Assembly: GCF_028641065.1 (NCBI RefSeq)
Contig: NC_073386.1
Span: 16,864,001 to 16,928,000 of the forward strand
Source of the DNA: Leucoraja erinacea
Taxonomy: Eukaryota
Length of the DNA stretch: 64,000 nt
Reading direction: 5' to 3'
The notes under the pieces are model-generated. The model was given only the letters and a program-made list of their open reading frames with translations. It made no database searches and had not been told where the DNA came from. Position numbers and translations under genes: made by a program. Below are positions 1 to 18,372 of the stretch, piece by piece; the stretch's first letter is position 1; each line of letters starts with the position of its first letter.

Positions 1-360
1 CCATTTAGGGCTTGAGCTGCCTGCATGGCCTTGTGTCATCTGAAGACACATCTGGATGAACAATGAATCATTTACCTTGTAAATGCACGAAAACTATGGC
101 TCAACTTCATTGCTCACTGACACCTCAACATAATCAGACCCGTGCACATAATTTTAATATTATAAAATGACATTCTGCCAGAACTGCAGAGTAGATGATT
201 CACCTTAACTTGCTCCCATGTACCCACAACAGTCTATAGCTAATTTGATTCACTCTATTTGGTATCATTAAACGGTGACAAAACAGGACACAGCAGTGAC
301 AAAACAGCATTACAGTCCTGAAAAGCTGTACACAGAACTGACAGTGCCTCTAGAATCAGT

Positions 361-388
361 CTGAAGAAGGGTCTTGACCCGAAACATC
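361..388 (+). ncRNA. Minimal hammerhead ribozyme-like motif in a Penelope-derived terminal repeat (representative copy)
   Basis: CTGAAGA-A-GGGTC-TT-GACCC-GAAA-CA-TC: CUGANGA box, stem II, GAAA box, NUH site; family consensus GAAACGTC. Confidence 0.6.
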
Positions 389-880
389 ACCCATTCCTTC
401 CTCCAGAGATGTTGCCTGTCCCCGCTGAGTTACTCCAGCATTTTGTGTCTACCTGTGAGTGCCCCCTAGACAGTTTGTTTCAATGTTTACAACACTGACA
501 TCCATGTAACAAAGTGCAATGTTGCCACAAAAAGCATAACCAATCCAATCAGATTGATTACCTGCCCAATCGGTCAACTTGCAACCAATAGTGATGGAAG
601 CCATCACCAATGGTGCTACTCGTCTAAAACTGCTTATGTGTAGATTCTGATGCTCCCAATACCTTCTCACATCTACATAGCACATATCCGATGTGTCATG
701 GAATGCCCTGCACATGCCTGGTAGCTCCAAAACCTTTAAGAATCTTGACATGATAGCACTGCCCAACTGAAACTACTCTGCCACCTTAAACATCCATTTC
801 CCCCCATTACTGGAGCACAGTTGACCGAGCATGACATCAGGGTGAACTATCTGCAGAATGCATGGTAGTTACCCACCCAG

Positions 881-1878
881 TAGCAATGTTACAACATCTT
901 GAGATTTAAAAAATCAAGTCTGCAATTTATCCCATCAGATAAAGCACAAAAAGAAGTTTAATTTGACACCTAATTCACTTTCATAACTTCAGTATTAAAA
1001 GAGTTATGGCCATTTTCATACTCGGAAATTAGCATATTGTTCCCTATTGCTTTTCCATCGACTTAACTCAAAAGCTGTGATCGAGGACAGTCAAAAGCCC
1101 ATAACTTTCTTAAAAATTAAGAGAACTGAAAGAAATATGAAACAATCTTACTTAGATGACTTGAAATTAAATCATATAATTAGTTAGTTACCTAATTGTA
1201 GCTAGTTACAAAATTACTAGATCTAAACATCTATCAATTTCTTAAGAATAGATTAACATTTTTAAATAGCCTAAGTGTCCAAATAACATTCACACAAGAA
1301 TTCACAATATAACATAATTTTTAAATCTCATTGACATGGATTTATAGGCCAAATGGTAGTAATTTAATGTTTAATACCTGTAAATTAATGGCCATTTAAA
1401 TCATCCTGCAGGTGGGTTTTTCTGGAACGCGATCATTTGGAATGTTGCGGTTGCGGTGAATTTAAACCGCATATCGGCAAGAAAAATACTGCCTGTTCAT
1501 ATGTGGAAAACATCACCGTTTCGCAACGTAAGTTGTGAATTAAAGGCATCTTAAGGAACACTTTTATACATAAAATAAACGGCTTTCCTTTACCTGTTCC
1601 GTACGTGAAATCCTTCCCCGGCGTTTAGAAGCTGATTTTAAAATTACTCCAGCACTGAACTTGTCGGGCAATTTTTAAAGAAATACACAGAACGCCCGTT
1701 GGAACGATTCTTCAGCAAAAGCTTGCACTCCAACGAAATATAATCCAGGACAAGGTAGGAGAAACCCGCGTTTTAACCCCCCCCCCCCCCCCCCCCCCCC
1801 CTCAAAGGGGCAAAAATCGCGCACACGGCCAGTGGCAGAACTGCAGCGTCGCTGAAGGTAAGTATTGTAACATACCTA
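881..1878. mobile_element. Non-autonomous DNA transposon (998 bp), TAG...CTA termini, 7-bp TSD
   Basis: Imperfect TIR TAGCAATGTTACAA / TTGTAACATACCTA; flanked by CACCCAG at 874-880 and 1879-1885; interrupts an old LINE-like fragment. Confidence 0.75.
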
Positions 1879-2597
1879 CACCCAGGCCTCTCCAACAGCA
1901 CATCCAAAAATCTACAGCTTCTACCATCCAGACAACAAAGGGGAAACTGCCAAATCAAATCATTAGCACCTGTAGGTTCTTCTCCAAGTCCTACACTGAT
2001 GTGGAAATACAATTGCCTGTCCTTCATTGTAAATTCTGGAACATCTCACCCAAGTATCTTGGCGAAGAGGACTCCAGCAGTTTCAAGGCTCACTACCACA
2101 ATCTCAAGTCAATTAGTTAATAGCAATACATGTTGGCCTTGCCAGTGATAGCCAGGTCCCTAGCTATTGCTGTGCTGCAAAACCAAAAACCCATCAAGTG
2201 GGCATATTTAGAGATGGTTACTAAAAAGTACCTTGATGACTGATCGTTGTTTCATTCAGTGTTCAATCGCGGTGTATGAATGGCACTGGTGGTTTTAGCA
2301 GTTTATCTTGGAGCAATCAAAAGGGAGTGTGTTCTCAATTCAATTCAGTACTCCCGTGACATCTTTAAAAATATTAGAAGTAGTTGCTTTCGTTCTAATT
2401 AGATTGTATGTTCAGCGGCACAGCCGTGTCCACTGCTAGCACCTTAAGGACACTGGTTTGCAAATTATCAGGCCCTGGGGATTTATTGGCTTTCAATACC
2501 ATTGACTTCACCAGCTCTATTTCCGTACTAATACTAATTTCCTTTACCACCTCACTTTTCTCAAACATTGCATGTTAATTGCCACATGCCTAGTCCA

Positions 2598-3118
2598 GAG
2601 GGTTGCAAACTGTCCCGTATTAGCCGGGACATCCCATATATTTGGTTAAATTGGTTTGTCCCATACGGGACCGCTCTTGTCCAGTATTTGACTGCTACTA
2701 CTCGGGTCGAGGGGACTGTCGGGTCGGAGCAAAGTGCAGCCCATGTAGTACAGCAGCAGCGCCTCGCCAGTGGCCCTGTCGGTCGGCCGCCCGGCCAGCT
2801 GTCCGAACATCGGACCTTCGCTTGCCGTCGACACCACCACCCCTCCTTCTAATGGCCAATCATCAGTTCATGAGTTGGATGGGGTGCTGGACTTTGCGTG
2901 TAGCAGAACACAAAGCCCAGCCGGCAGGCCAGCTGAGGAGTTCTGAGGCACAAGTCCTCAGATGGCCCGCCAGCTAGGCTTTGTGTGCAGGCCAGCACCG
3001 TGCCAACTCATCATTCACCCAGCCCACGGCCGAGTCGGTCAACGAATTGCCGTCGGGATTTTGTCCCTTATTTTGTTCTTTGGTCCCTTATTTGGGAGTT
3101 AGAAAGTTGGCAACCCTA
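2598..3118. mobile_element. hAT-family MITE (521 bp)
   Basis: TIR GAGGGTTGCAAAC / GTTGGCAACCCTA; 8-bp TSD CTAGTCCA at 2590-2597 and 3119-3126; subterminal tgtccc/gggac repeats. Confidence 0.85.
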
Positions 3119-3568
3119 CTAGTCCAGGATAGTGTGCTCTATGGTCAGCTGCCCAACATACTGGTCCAAAACAAAATAAAATCCATAAAAATACTCCAGG
3201 GTTTCTTCCTCCTGATTTAGTTAAGCTGGAATGTATGCAAATTTAAAGATCACTTATGTTTACTGCAGCACCCTTGCTGCATACATTTCTAATTTCCTCT
3301 TTGATGGTACCCCCTGCTTCACCAGTACTGTTTGTAAGCCTGTGGATAACTCCCACCAACACTTTTGTCTCATGATGCTATTTGACTCTACCCACATCTT
3401 TATTTTCTGAAATAACATCCTCTACATTGAAGATGAAAGTAGTAACTTGCCAAAAGAAATCAAAGGATAGGTCACTTGATCAAGACAGCAGCAACTGAAA
3501 TTCAAGTTACATTCCCAAAAGGAAAATAAAACCAGCCACTCTTCCACAAAATTAAATAATAAACACTT

Positions 3569-9140
<5,572 letters not shown>

Positions 9141-9439
9141 TCCTGAGCGCCGCCCACATCGGTCCGCAAGAAACTCGCTCCCACCTCAAACGTTCCGCCG
9201 CCGCTCGAAAGTGAAGGCAGGCGGCAACTTTGAATTTTCAGTGACTCAAGATCAAACAAGGAACATAATATGTAGAAAGGAACTGCAGATGCTGGTATAT
9301 ACCGAAGATAGACACAAAGTATCAGCGGGTCAGGCAGCATCTCTGGAGTAAAAGGATGTAACTCGAACACAGTCTCAACACAAAGTGCTGCAATAACCCA
9401 ATGGGTCAGTTAAAAAAAGATACTCAGTCTGTATTAGAA

Positions 9440-9728
9440 AAATAGAAATTAGGTGCAGGAGTAGGCCATTCGGCCCTTCGAGCCTGCACCGCCATTCAAT
9501 ATGATCATGGCTGATCATCCAACTCAGTATCCCGTACCTGCCTTCTCTCCATACCCCCTGATCCCCTTAGCCACAAAGGCCACATCTAACTCCCTCTTAA
9601 ATATAGCCAATGAACTGGCCTCAACTACCCTCTGTGGCAGAGTTCCAGAGATTCACCACTCTCTGTGTGAAAAAAGTTCTTCTCATCTCGGTTTTAAAGG
9701 ATTTCCCCTTTATCCTTAAGCTGTGACA
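9440..9728 (-). repeat. CR1 3'-tail repeat (short truncated LINE or SINE tail); near-identical copies at 51133-51338 (-), 56230-56398 (+), 27525-27782 (+)
   Basis: Shared sequence gtgcaggagtaggccattcggcccttcgagcctgcaccgccattcaatatgatcatggctgatcatcc. Confidence 0.85.
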
Positions 9729-10054
9729 TCCTTCATGATCTGGCTGTCCCAACTCAGTTAATCTTATAATTCTTTAAACATGTACTTCACTGCAGCACAG
9801 CTGCAATCTAGAATTGTGCCAGTGCCTTAAAATGGAGCCACACTCCACACCTACAAGCCTAACTTAGTTTAAGGAACTTTGCTGATATACCCGCACACTA
9901 TATGGCCTGCAGAATCGGCATCAGGCTTTCCTATGCAGCGCGATGAAGTTCTCAGGATTATTTATTTAAAAGGCAAAATACTACAAACCAAATTGTGCCA
10001 CAAAATCTAGAGTTTTTGACAACACAAAGAATTATTTTAAAAAAATCAACATTC

Positions 10055-10448
10055 CTCCTAATGGATAAATCAGACCAATTCATAACGAGTTGGTCTCCAT
10101 TCGTCGTTTTTTTGGAATCATATGGTGCAACACAATTGTAAAAAATAACTGTTTCAGGACTCGACGAGGGTTGGTCAAGATTATAAATAATGATCTTTTC
10201 TTTTTTATTTTCTTTTATTTTCTATTTTCTCTCTCAACTTTCTTCATTTACTCGTTTTCTTTCTTCACACACTATATATTTCACATCTTTCTATCCTTTA
10301 CTATCTAACTTCTTTTTCTTATTCTCATCTTTTTTCAATGTAACAAAAAAAAAAAAGTTGTACATAAAATGCATTATGAAAATATATATTAGGCACTTTG
10401 GTGCCATATGACTGTACTTACTTCTAATAAAATAAAATATTAAAAAAA
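10055..10448 (+). mobile_element. 5'-truncated L1-clade LINE (ORF2 C-terminus, 3' UTR, poly(A))
   Basis: Reads LLMDKSDQFITSWSPFVVFLES* (L1 ORF2 end-like); AATAAA then poly(A); TSD AAAAAAATCAACATTC (10039-10054, 10449-10464) at a TTTT/AAAA endonuclease site. Confidence 0.8.
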
Positions 10449-11084
10449 AAAAAAATCAACATTCTAATCGTGTGTATTTATGTTATAACCTGATTTGCAG
10501 GAGTCATTATGCATACTAAATACCAATGTCACAGAAATTATGTTGCTACCTTAAACAATTTACATTTAAATAAATGGTAACAAATAAATCATTGTACCTA
10601 TTTGGAGGTTTATGCAGTGTTTTAATACACTTGTTTAACTTGGATGGATAAAAATGTTCAGCAGATTGAACTACATAATTTTCCTTTCCTGATGTTAAAA
10701 ATGGAATGTAACAAAGACAGTTAAATTAAGTTGATATAAATCAGTCAAAATCCAAAGACATATAAAGGAATCCTAATTTTGTAAATTAACAATTTTAAAA
10801 GGGCAAAGGTAAAATAATTCATTTGCAGAGGGATGAACCATCACAATCGTGAACAGTTGAAATATATATGAAATGAAAAACAAATGACACATATTCAAGT
10901 TCAATAAATTTATTAACAACCAACAGTTGGTGGCACCAAACTCAATTGCAAATACATAAAAGCAATACCCGAATCACTGTGCAGTGGACCACAAGATTAA
11001 TATGCTGTATATACAATCAGAAATCAGTGAATAAACTCAATTCACAACTAGTACGAATCCCAGCACTTTCTTCGGAATTGGATT

Positions 11085-14000
11085 TCACTTCAACTTACTG
11101 AAGATTTTTTCAGCCACCTGGGGAAAAAAAAAATTACGCTTTATTCAATGTGCTGTTATAGTTGTGAAACATGTGCATTTATTAACTGTTCTTTAAAAAG
11201 ATTGTAACAGACAACATTGCTCAATTATTCAAGATCTGACAGACAGGACAGTCAAACTCCCTTTGTAATGTTTTATTTTTTTGACACCAGATCTAGAAAA
11301 CAAAATGCTATCTCTTTAGAATGAATTCAGACCATGTAATTTCCCCAGATGTTCAATCCTAATCTTTGAAATTACTAGCAGTTTTGTCATAATTTGTCCT
11401 TCTTCAACATAAGCACTGGCCATTAAAAACAGCAAAATTCCGGTATTTATAGTAACGTCCAATAAAAGAGGAAACATTTGCTTGATGAACTCCAAAATGG
11501 ATTCGAGGAGGATTTTTTTTAGGAAGAATAAAAGAAAACATTCATGACTAGTACTACAAGTAGGAACATTAGAGTTGAGCCACAGGGACACTTTTCCCAA
11601 AACAAAAACACAAGAGGGTGAACAACACTCAATGAGTAAATTGGATCTCTTTTTGGACTCCAATGTGAAGAATTAAGTGCTTACACAGTGGTCACGGGCA
11701 TGCAGGAAGTCAAACAGCTCCTCGGTGCATGTCTCTTCTGTTTGCGATCTCGAGTTCACTCGGTCTGTGCACTCGTCCAGGCGTGACCGCAGTTGCACAC
11801 ACTTTTCATTCTTCTCACATTGCTCTCTGACGTCTATCATAGGATCCTACATCAAGTCAAATGTTTTAAATAATCAAAATGCACGTCAATAGCACAGATG
11901 TTTTAACATTAATAAGAATTTGCCACATACAATCTTAGATTTTACACATAACTTGAGAGCACAATATCAGCAAAGGTAGATGCCCGAAAACCTTTCTTGT
12001 ATGCACTGACAGTAGTTTACAATGTTTGTGAGGGTAGCAAAAGGAAAATAAGATTTAGCACAAAGCTGTTTTCACTAAACCAGAATCAGATTGCAATCAG
12101 ACCAAATCTATATTCTCCAATTGCCCCCAATACCAATGGTAATATTCAATTCAGTTATGTTGTCATTTCAATGAAGTATCAGATCACTGCTTTGTATATT
12201 GTTAAATTTGTCTTGTGATCAAGCAGTAAAAATTAAAATACCGAGATGACAGCAGAAAAAAAATTGCATTTACTTATTATACTTTGGTTCATTCGCAGCA
12301 CAGCAGATAGATTGATTAAAAAGCAATAAGACCAAAAGTTGGCAACTGGAGAAAAAGCATTTTACACTTATCTCACCCGATGAAGAAGTAATAAATTGTC
12401 ATATGATGGAATAATTAGGTCACGTCAAGTCCTCTGCTATGAACATCCAGGGCCACAAGTGACAAAAAAATAACTGGGGTTAGTCATATCTCCCATATTT
12501 GGAAGATTTGGCAGAGGTTTGGCACTTAACAAAACAGGTTAACCTCCCAATTCCTCATATTGAACAAGATTCAGGGTGCACATAAGAAAAACACAAATTG
12601 CTGGAGCAACTGCAGCAGAGGAACGGCAACATGTAAAGGAGCAAGCATTTCAGTCTAATAAAGCAGATATCCAATAAATAAAGACACCACCTCAAAATAA
12701 AAAACAAATGAAAGCTTCCATCTATCTATAATTTACGCTGAAAGCCTTACCACCACATCTTCCTCCTCCTCTTCCTCCTAAGTAGAGAAAAAACTTGGAT
12801 TAGCAAATATAAATAAGAAATGCAAGAAATTGATTCAGTATTGTTATTTGCATTCATGTAGCAAATTTCACCAAGGAGCAAGTTTCACCAAGAAAACATG
12901 GACACAAACAAAATGTGACATCCAGAGATGGATAAATTCTGCAAGTAAATGCCTTATATTTAAGTCCCTTCAAATTGTGCCTGAGCTATTACACGCGTGG
13001 CTTAAAATGATGGGCAATTGACCAAAGCAGAAATTTAGGGAAAGGACATTCAACAGTGGAGGAACTGAGAAGTTCAAACTTGGAGGAATTTAAACACTTG
13101 GATAAGAACTAAATGAAGTGCAGGAGCCACAGCTTTCCATAATGGGCAAGTTCATATTTTCAAGGTAAAACTTTATTCACTACAGGTAATTAAGCTAATC
13201 GAATAGGTACCAAAATGGTGAAAGTTCTGCACAAGTCCTCATGAGCCAGTGTGGGTCTGGCTCAAAGGAACATATGAACTCACGTGTACGATAAAATAAA
13301 TAGATATCCTGGTTTATTAGGTCGATTCACATAACGTCTCTCATCCCTGGACTTCCACGACACCTCTAAAGTCCATACCTCTTTCTGAAAGCATGTTTTC
13401 AGAATAAGAGAAATTTCCCACTGAGGCCAAATTATGGTTTCATAATAGTTCATTGTTATTTCCTTGCTCTTGTATTCTATGTCTCTCTTTATAAAATCCA
13501 GAGGTTCTATGTGCATTTTAAACTTTCTTAGCCTGTCCTGTCTCTTTCAATTAACTGTGCATGGAACATAGTCAAAACTAAAACAGACCTCTCAGCCCAC
13601 AATGTTTGCACTGACCATGACGCCAAGACTAATTCTTACCTGCTTGTACACAATTCATTTCTCTCCATTCCCTGGATATCCATATGTCTATCCAAAAGTC
13701 TTTTAAAAGCCACTACCACCTCTGCCTTAAGCGCCACCCCAGGCGGCACATTCCAGCCACTAACAATACTGGGTAAATAAAAACTTGCCCCTCACACCTC
13801 CTTTAAAGTTTGCCCCTCTCACCATAAAGCTATGCACTCCAGTATTTGATTTTCCACACTGGGAAAAAAGCCCCAAACCCAGGCATAATTCTGGTAAATT
13901 TCTTCTGAATACTTTCAAAAGTCTCCACATTATACCTGTAATGGGGCAACCAGAACTGCAGGCAAAACTCCAAATACAGCCTACCCAAAGTTCAATAAAG

Positions 14001-16820
14001 CCGCATCGTGACTTCCTGACCTTTACTTCGACCACTTACCACTTTCGCTGCTCATGGTGGCACTTTCAAGGAGTTGTGGACTTGAACCCTATGATTCTCT
14101 CTGTACATCAATTATGTTAAGAATCGTGCCATCAATTCTACGTTTTTCCATTTTAATCTGACCTCCAAAAGTGCAACAACTCACGCTTGCTTGGATTTAA
14201 CTCCATCTGCATTTCCGTAGCTGATCGCTATCCCACCGTATACTTTTAACAGCCAGTCAACAAACCCAGCAATCTCGGTGTCATATTAATCCTATTGTTT
14301 TAAGATTTGGAATGGAACCCTCTAATTTTGACTGGCGTGTTCACATCGCAGAAGCATCGTACGACAACTGAAGGAAGATCTTAATTTGAAAATGTCGTTT
14401 GTTGGTACAAGACGCTGAGCAACGCTTAGCAAGTACAGGTTTGGTGGAAGGTGGAAACTGCGACGCTCAATACTGAAGGCAGGTCATTTAGAGCGTTGAC
14501 ACAAAGAACATAGAAACATAGAAATTAGGTGCAGGAGTAGGCCATTCGAGCCTGCACCGCCATTCAATATGATCATGGCTGATCATCCAACTCAGTATCC
14601 CGTACCTGCCTTCTCTCCATACCCCCTGATCCCCTTAGCCACAAGGGCCACATCTAACTCCCTCTTACCACATCCGGTAGGCGGCGCGGCTCTGGCCAGC
14701 AGCGGCCTCTGCAGTCTGTCCGCGTTTTTATTATTTTTCTGTCTGTGTTTTTTAATGTAGTTTTTTGTTTTTTTTTGTTGGGGTGTGTGTGTGGGGGGGT
14801 GGGGGTGGGGTGGGAGGGGGGGGGGGGAACTTTTTAAAAATCTCTCCCTGCACTGGAGACCCGACCCTTTTCTCGTCGGGTTCCGTTGTCGTTGAGGCCG
14901 CAACGAGGAGCGGCCTCCAACAGGAAGAAGCCGGGGACTCAGGTGCCGACTCACCGTTGCCGTCGCGGAGCTGGCCGAGACCGGAGCGGTGGAGGAACGC
15001 TGCTGCTGCTGCTGCTGCCGATGCCGCTGCTGAGTCGGGGGCTGCTGCTGCGGGTCTGCGGACAGCGGCGCCGGGAGCCCGCGGCTCCCTGGAGAGAGAC
15101 CGCTTTTCGGGGCTCCTGCAACGGAGAATTCTCCCGCCCGCGTTGCGGGGTTGGGGAGCTACTGGAGCGGGGCTTAGCACCACTGCCCCGCGCGGCTGGA
15201 ATGGCCGCGGGTACTTGCGAGCGCACACCGGGGGCTCTAACACCAAGACCCGGTGTGTGACCTTGCACCACCCGGCGTGGCTTCAATGGCCGCGGGACAA
15301 TCGCCATCGCCAGCCGGGGGCTTTGACTTTGACACCTGGGGGGGGAGAGTGCAGTGGAGAGATAAGTTTTTTTTGGCCTTCCATCACAGTTATGTGATGG
15401 ATGTTTATGTAAAATTGTAATTGTGTTGTGTCTGGGGTCTATTTGTGTGTAATGTATGGCTGCAGAAACGGCATTTCGTTTGCCTCTAGGGGTCCAAATG
15501 ACAATTAAATTGACTCTTGACTCTTGAGCCAATGAAGTGGCCTCAACTACCCTCTGTGGCAGAGAGTTCCAGAGATTCACCACTCTCTGCGAAAAAAAAG
15601 TTCTTCTCATCTTTTTTAAAGGATTTTCCCCTTTATCCTTAAGCTGTGACCCCTTGTCCTGGACTTCCCTAACATCGGGAACAATCTTCCTGCATCTAGC
15701 CTGTCCAACCCCTTAAGAATTTTGTAAGTTTCTATAAGATCCCCTCTCAATCTTCTAAATTCTAGAGAGTATAGACCAAGTCTATCCAGTCTTTTTCATA
15801 AGACAGTCCTGACATCCCAGGAATCAGTCTGGTGAACCGTCTCTGCACTCCCTCTATGGCAATAATGTCCTTCCTCAGATTTGGAGACCAAAACTGTACG
15901 CAATACTCCAGGTGTGGTCTCACCAAGACCCTGTACAACTGCAGTAGAACCTCTCTGCTCCTATACTCAAATCCTTTTGCAATGAAAGCTAACATACCAT
16001 TCGCTTTCTTTACTGCCTGCTGCACCTGCATGCCTACCTTCAATGACTGGTGTACCATGACACCCAGGTCTCGCTGCATCTCCCCCTTTCCCAATCGGCC
16101 ACCATTTAGATAATAGTCTGCTTTCCTGTTTTTGCCAACAACTGGTTGACAATTAAAAAAAACACAAAGGGCTGGAGTACAAGAAAACGATGCCTATCCC
16201 TGACCCCCACAGATGTTGCCCGAGCCGCTGTTACTCCGGCACTTTTGTTGTGTGTGGGTCACTCAGCATGGCGAGGATGGGAGGAACGCAGTCTGAAGAA
16301 GGGTTATTTCCATAGATGCTGCTGCACCCGCTGAGTTTCTCCGGCATTTTTGTGAACCTGGGAGGAACGCAGTCTCCTTGGAGTGGAATGACCTTATGGG
16401 GGAAATGTGGAGCACTAACGGTCAGATTAAACCCTCTCATCCTTCTCCCTTTAACCGGCGTTGCCCACACTACAGCTGGCCGAGCTGGCCCCCCGTCTGA
16501 CCTCCTCCTCGTCCCTCTCCCTCCTACACCTTCTCCTCGTCTCTACTTCCCCTCCTCGTCCACCTTCTCCTCCATCTCCCTCCCCCGCGTCCTCCTCCTC
16601 AGTCCCGCCGCGGCGCCGAGCTGGCGGCCTTGGTTTGCCCTTGGCTCTCCGCCCAGGCCCAGCCTCGGCGACACGGCTGGGGGGGTTGACAACAGGCCTC
16701 CATTCCCGCCAGGTGGTCGTTCCCCTGTCTCCCCCCCGCCCGCCACCTCTCCTGCCCACCCTGGGGCAGCCTCACCTCGGGCTCTCCGTTGTTCACCATC
16801 TCTCTGTCCTCCACACCCAT
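11085..16820 (-). CDS. UQCRH: Cytochrome b-c1 complex subunit 6 (hinge protein), 4 coding exons, 88 aa
   Basis: Exons (minus): 16820-16776 ([15 protein letters not shown]), 12777-12751 (EEEEEEDVV), 11846-11685 ([12 protein letters not shown]...[15 protein letters not shown]), 11117-11085 ([10 protein letters not shown]). GT-AG introns, all phase 0; AATAAA on the minus strand at 10909-10914. Confidence 0.96.
14510..16140 (-). mobile_element. CR1-clade LINE 3' fragment in UQCRH intron 1, split by a GC-rich insertion
   Basis: [12 protein letters not shown]...[13 protein letters not shown]; 3' tail ending in catagaaa repeats; interrupted at 14668-15526. Confidence 0.88.
14668..15526 (+). mobile_element. 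GC/CpG-rich non-autonomous retroelement with a LINE-like 3' tail
   Basis: Inserted inside the CR1 tail; ends catttc...tgacaattaaa(ttgactc)n like the Rex/Babar-type 3' end; same architecture as 21930-22748. Confidence 0.6.
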
Positions 16821-16990
16821 GGCTCCGACCCTCGCTCGGCAACTCCACTGCGCCTGCGCAACGTGCCCGCACCGCCGACCTCCTTCAAGGCCCCGGATGA
16901 TCGCGCTCCGAATAGACCGTATTCCCGGACAGGAAGTACTGCGGGCGAGTGCGCTTCCGGGTCACAACATCAGCACAAGCGGGTGGTGAA
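16820..16990 (-). promoter_or_regulatory. UQCRH CpG-island promoter with NRF-1 and ETS/GABP-like motifs
   Basis: TGCGCCTGCGCA at 16849-16860 (NRF-1-like), CAGGAAGT near 16930, CTTCCGG near 16954; CpG-rich 16450-16990. These factors typically drive respiratory-chain genes. Confidence 0.7.
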
Positions 16991-17769
16991 ATGAGAATAT
17001 TCAATTGGAAACCGGATTTATGTCACAGAGTGGGTAGACACAAAATGCTGGTGTAAATCAGCGGGATCTTATAGCGGAGCAAGATAGGCTACTCCTGCTA
17101 AATACAATGGGCTGACGTGTAGTACGCTACGGAGGGGATCCTGGGCATTTTAGTAACCGGAGCCTACCTGACCCGACCCGACCCGACTCGCAGTGTAATC
17201 AATGAACAGTTTGTGTGTGTGATATAGGGTTAGATTCATCATTCTGTCAGTTCATACTTCTTGTCAAGAATAAAATTTGACTCTGGTAATTGTCTTTTTT
17301 AATATATTTTAAATCATTTATTTTTAAATGGCTCACAAGCAGTGTTTGAGTTGATTTTGTAGTAACCGGAACCGACCCGACTCGCAGGGTAATTGACATT
17401 GCGGGGGACGTTTTTGTGCGTGATGTTACATATGCTACATATTCATTGTAGCAGTCCCAACCTCCTGCACTACTTTGTATCAGGCACACTCACCACACAC
17501 ACACACACACACACTGTGATTAGGTATGTAAGCACTTTAGTATTACTACGCCACACAGACAAAGGAGCTGAATAAAGGAGTACAATAAGGCAACTGAAAC
17601 AACCTGAATTGTGTCGTTTATTATCAGGATATCAAACACGAAGACACAACATGGTGGCAGCGGTGACTTTCGAGTAAAAAACCGCGCTATTGTGAATCGC
17701 TATTGGGAATTAGGAACAGCGGCTGCAGAGAAATTGATTTTTTTTTGTGCACCCGCCTAACAACACAAG

Positions 17770-18372
17770 ATGGCGGCCTCCACAGCGGCTGTTGCCGCAG
17801 CAATGAACCTCCACCCTACGATGAACTGGGACGCCGATGACGTGGTGGAGGCGTTCAAGAAATTCAAACAAAAGAGCCAGCTGGCATTCAAAAGCTTCCT
17901 GAAAGGAACTACAGATGAAGAGAAGGTCAGTTATATTTTACTATGGCTCGGGGAGAAGGGTCTAGACATTTTTAACAGTTGGAGCTTAACAGAGCCCGAC
18001 TGCAATAATCCGGGAATAGTCCTTGAAAGGTTTGCGAACCATATGGAGCCCAAATCAAACCACAGAATCCATCGGTATGAGTTCCAAGGGCTAAGACAAG
18101 ACCCACAAGAAACAACCGACACTTTCCTGTCGAGACTAAGGAACGTGGCCAAGAAATGCAGATTTGGTGATGAAGATGACAGAATTGTCGACCAGCTAAT
18201 ATGGGGGTGCGCCCACCAAGAGGTCCAAAAGTCCCTAATAGGGAAAGACACCCTCAACCTAAAAGACGCCGTAGATGCTGCCAGAGCTTTCGAAGCCACA
18301 AGGAAACTCTGGAACAAATCGAAAAAAAAAACCTCACCAAAGCACCAGCCAGACTACAGAGACTATTACTGA
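17770..18372 (+). CDS. Gag (capsid-like) ORF of the LTR element, truncated by the internal deletion near 18300
   Basis: Gag-like motifs LLWLGEKGLDIF, RYEFQGLRQDPQETTDTFLSRLR, CRFG...IVDQLIWG typical of Gypsy gag. Confidence 0.8.
   Translation: MAASTAAVAAAMNLHPTMNWDADDVVEAFKKFKQKSQLAFKSFLKGTTDEEKVSYILLWLGEKGLDIFNSWSLTEPDCNNPGIVLERFANHMEPKSNHRIHRYEFQGLRQDPQETTDTFLSRLRNVAKKCRFGDEDDRIVDQLIWGCAHQEVQKSLIGKDTLNLKDAVDAARAFEATRKLWNKSKKKTSPKHQPDYRDYY

Noticed and set aside
1776-1801. Long poly-C/poly-G runs (also near 3953, 22021, 23319)
   Set aside because: Simple homopolymers inside repeats or introns; lengths unreliable, no evidence of function.
14592-15610. Several long overlapping ORFs (120-219 aa) on both strands
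   Set aside because: By-product of a GC-rich repeat with few stop codons; low-complexity Ala/Arg/Gly/Pro translations with no family motif.
16316-16994. Long ORFs in the UQCRH CpG island
   Set aside because: Only the 45-nt UQCRH exon 1 is supported; the rest is GC-rich intron and promoter.
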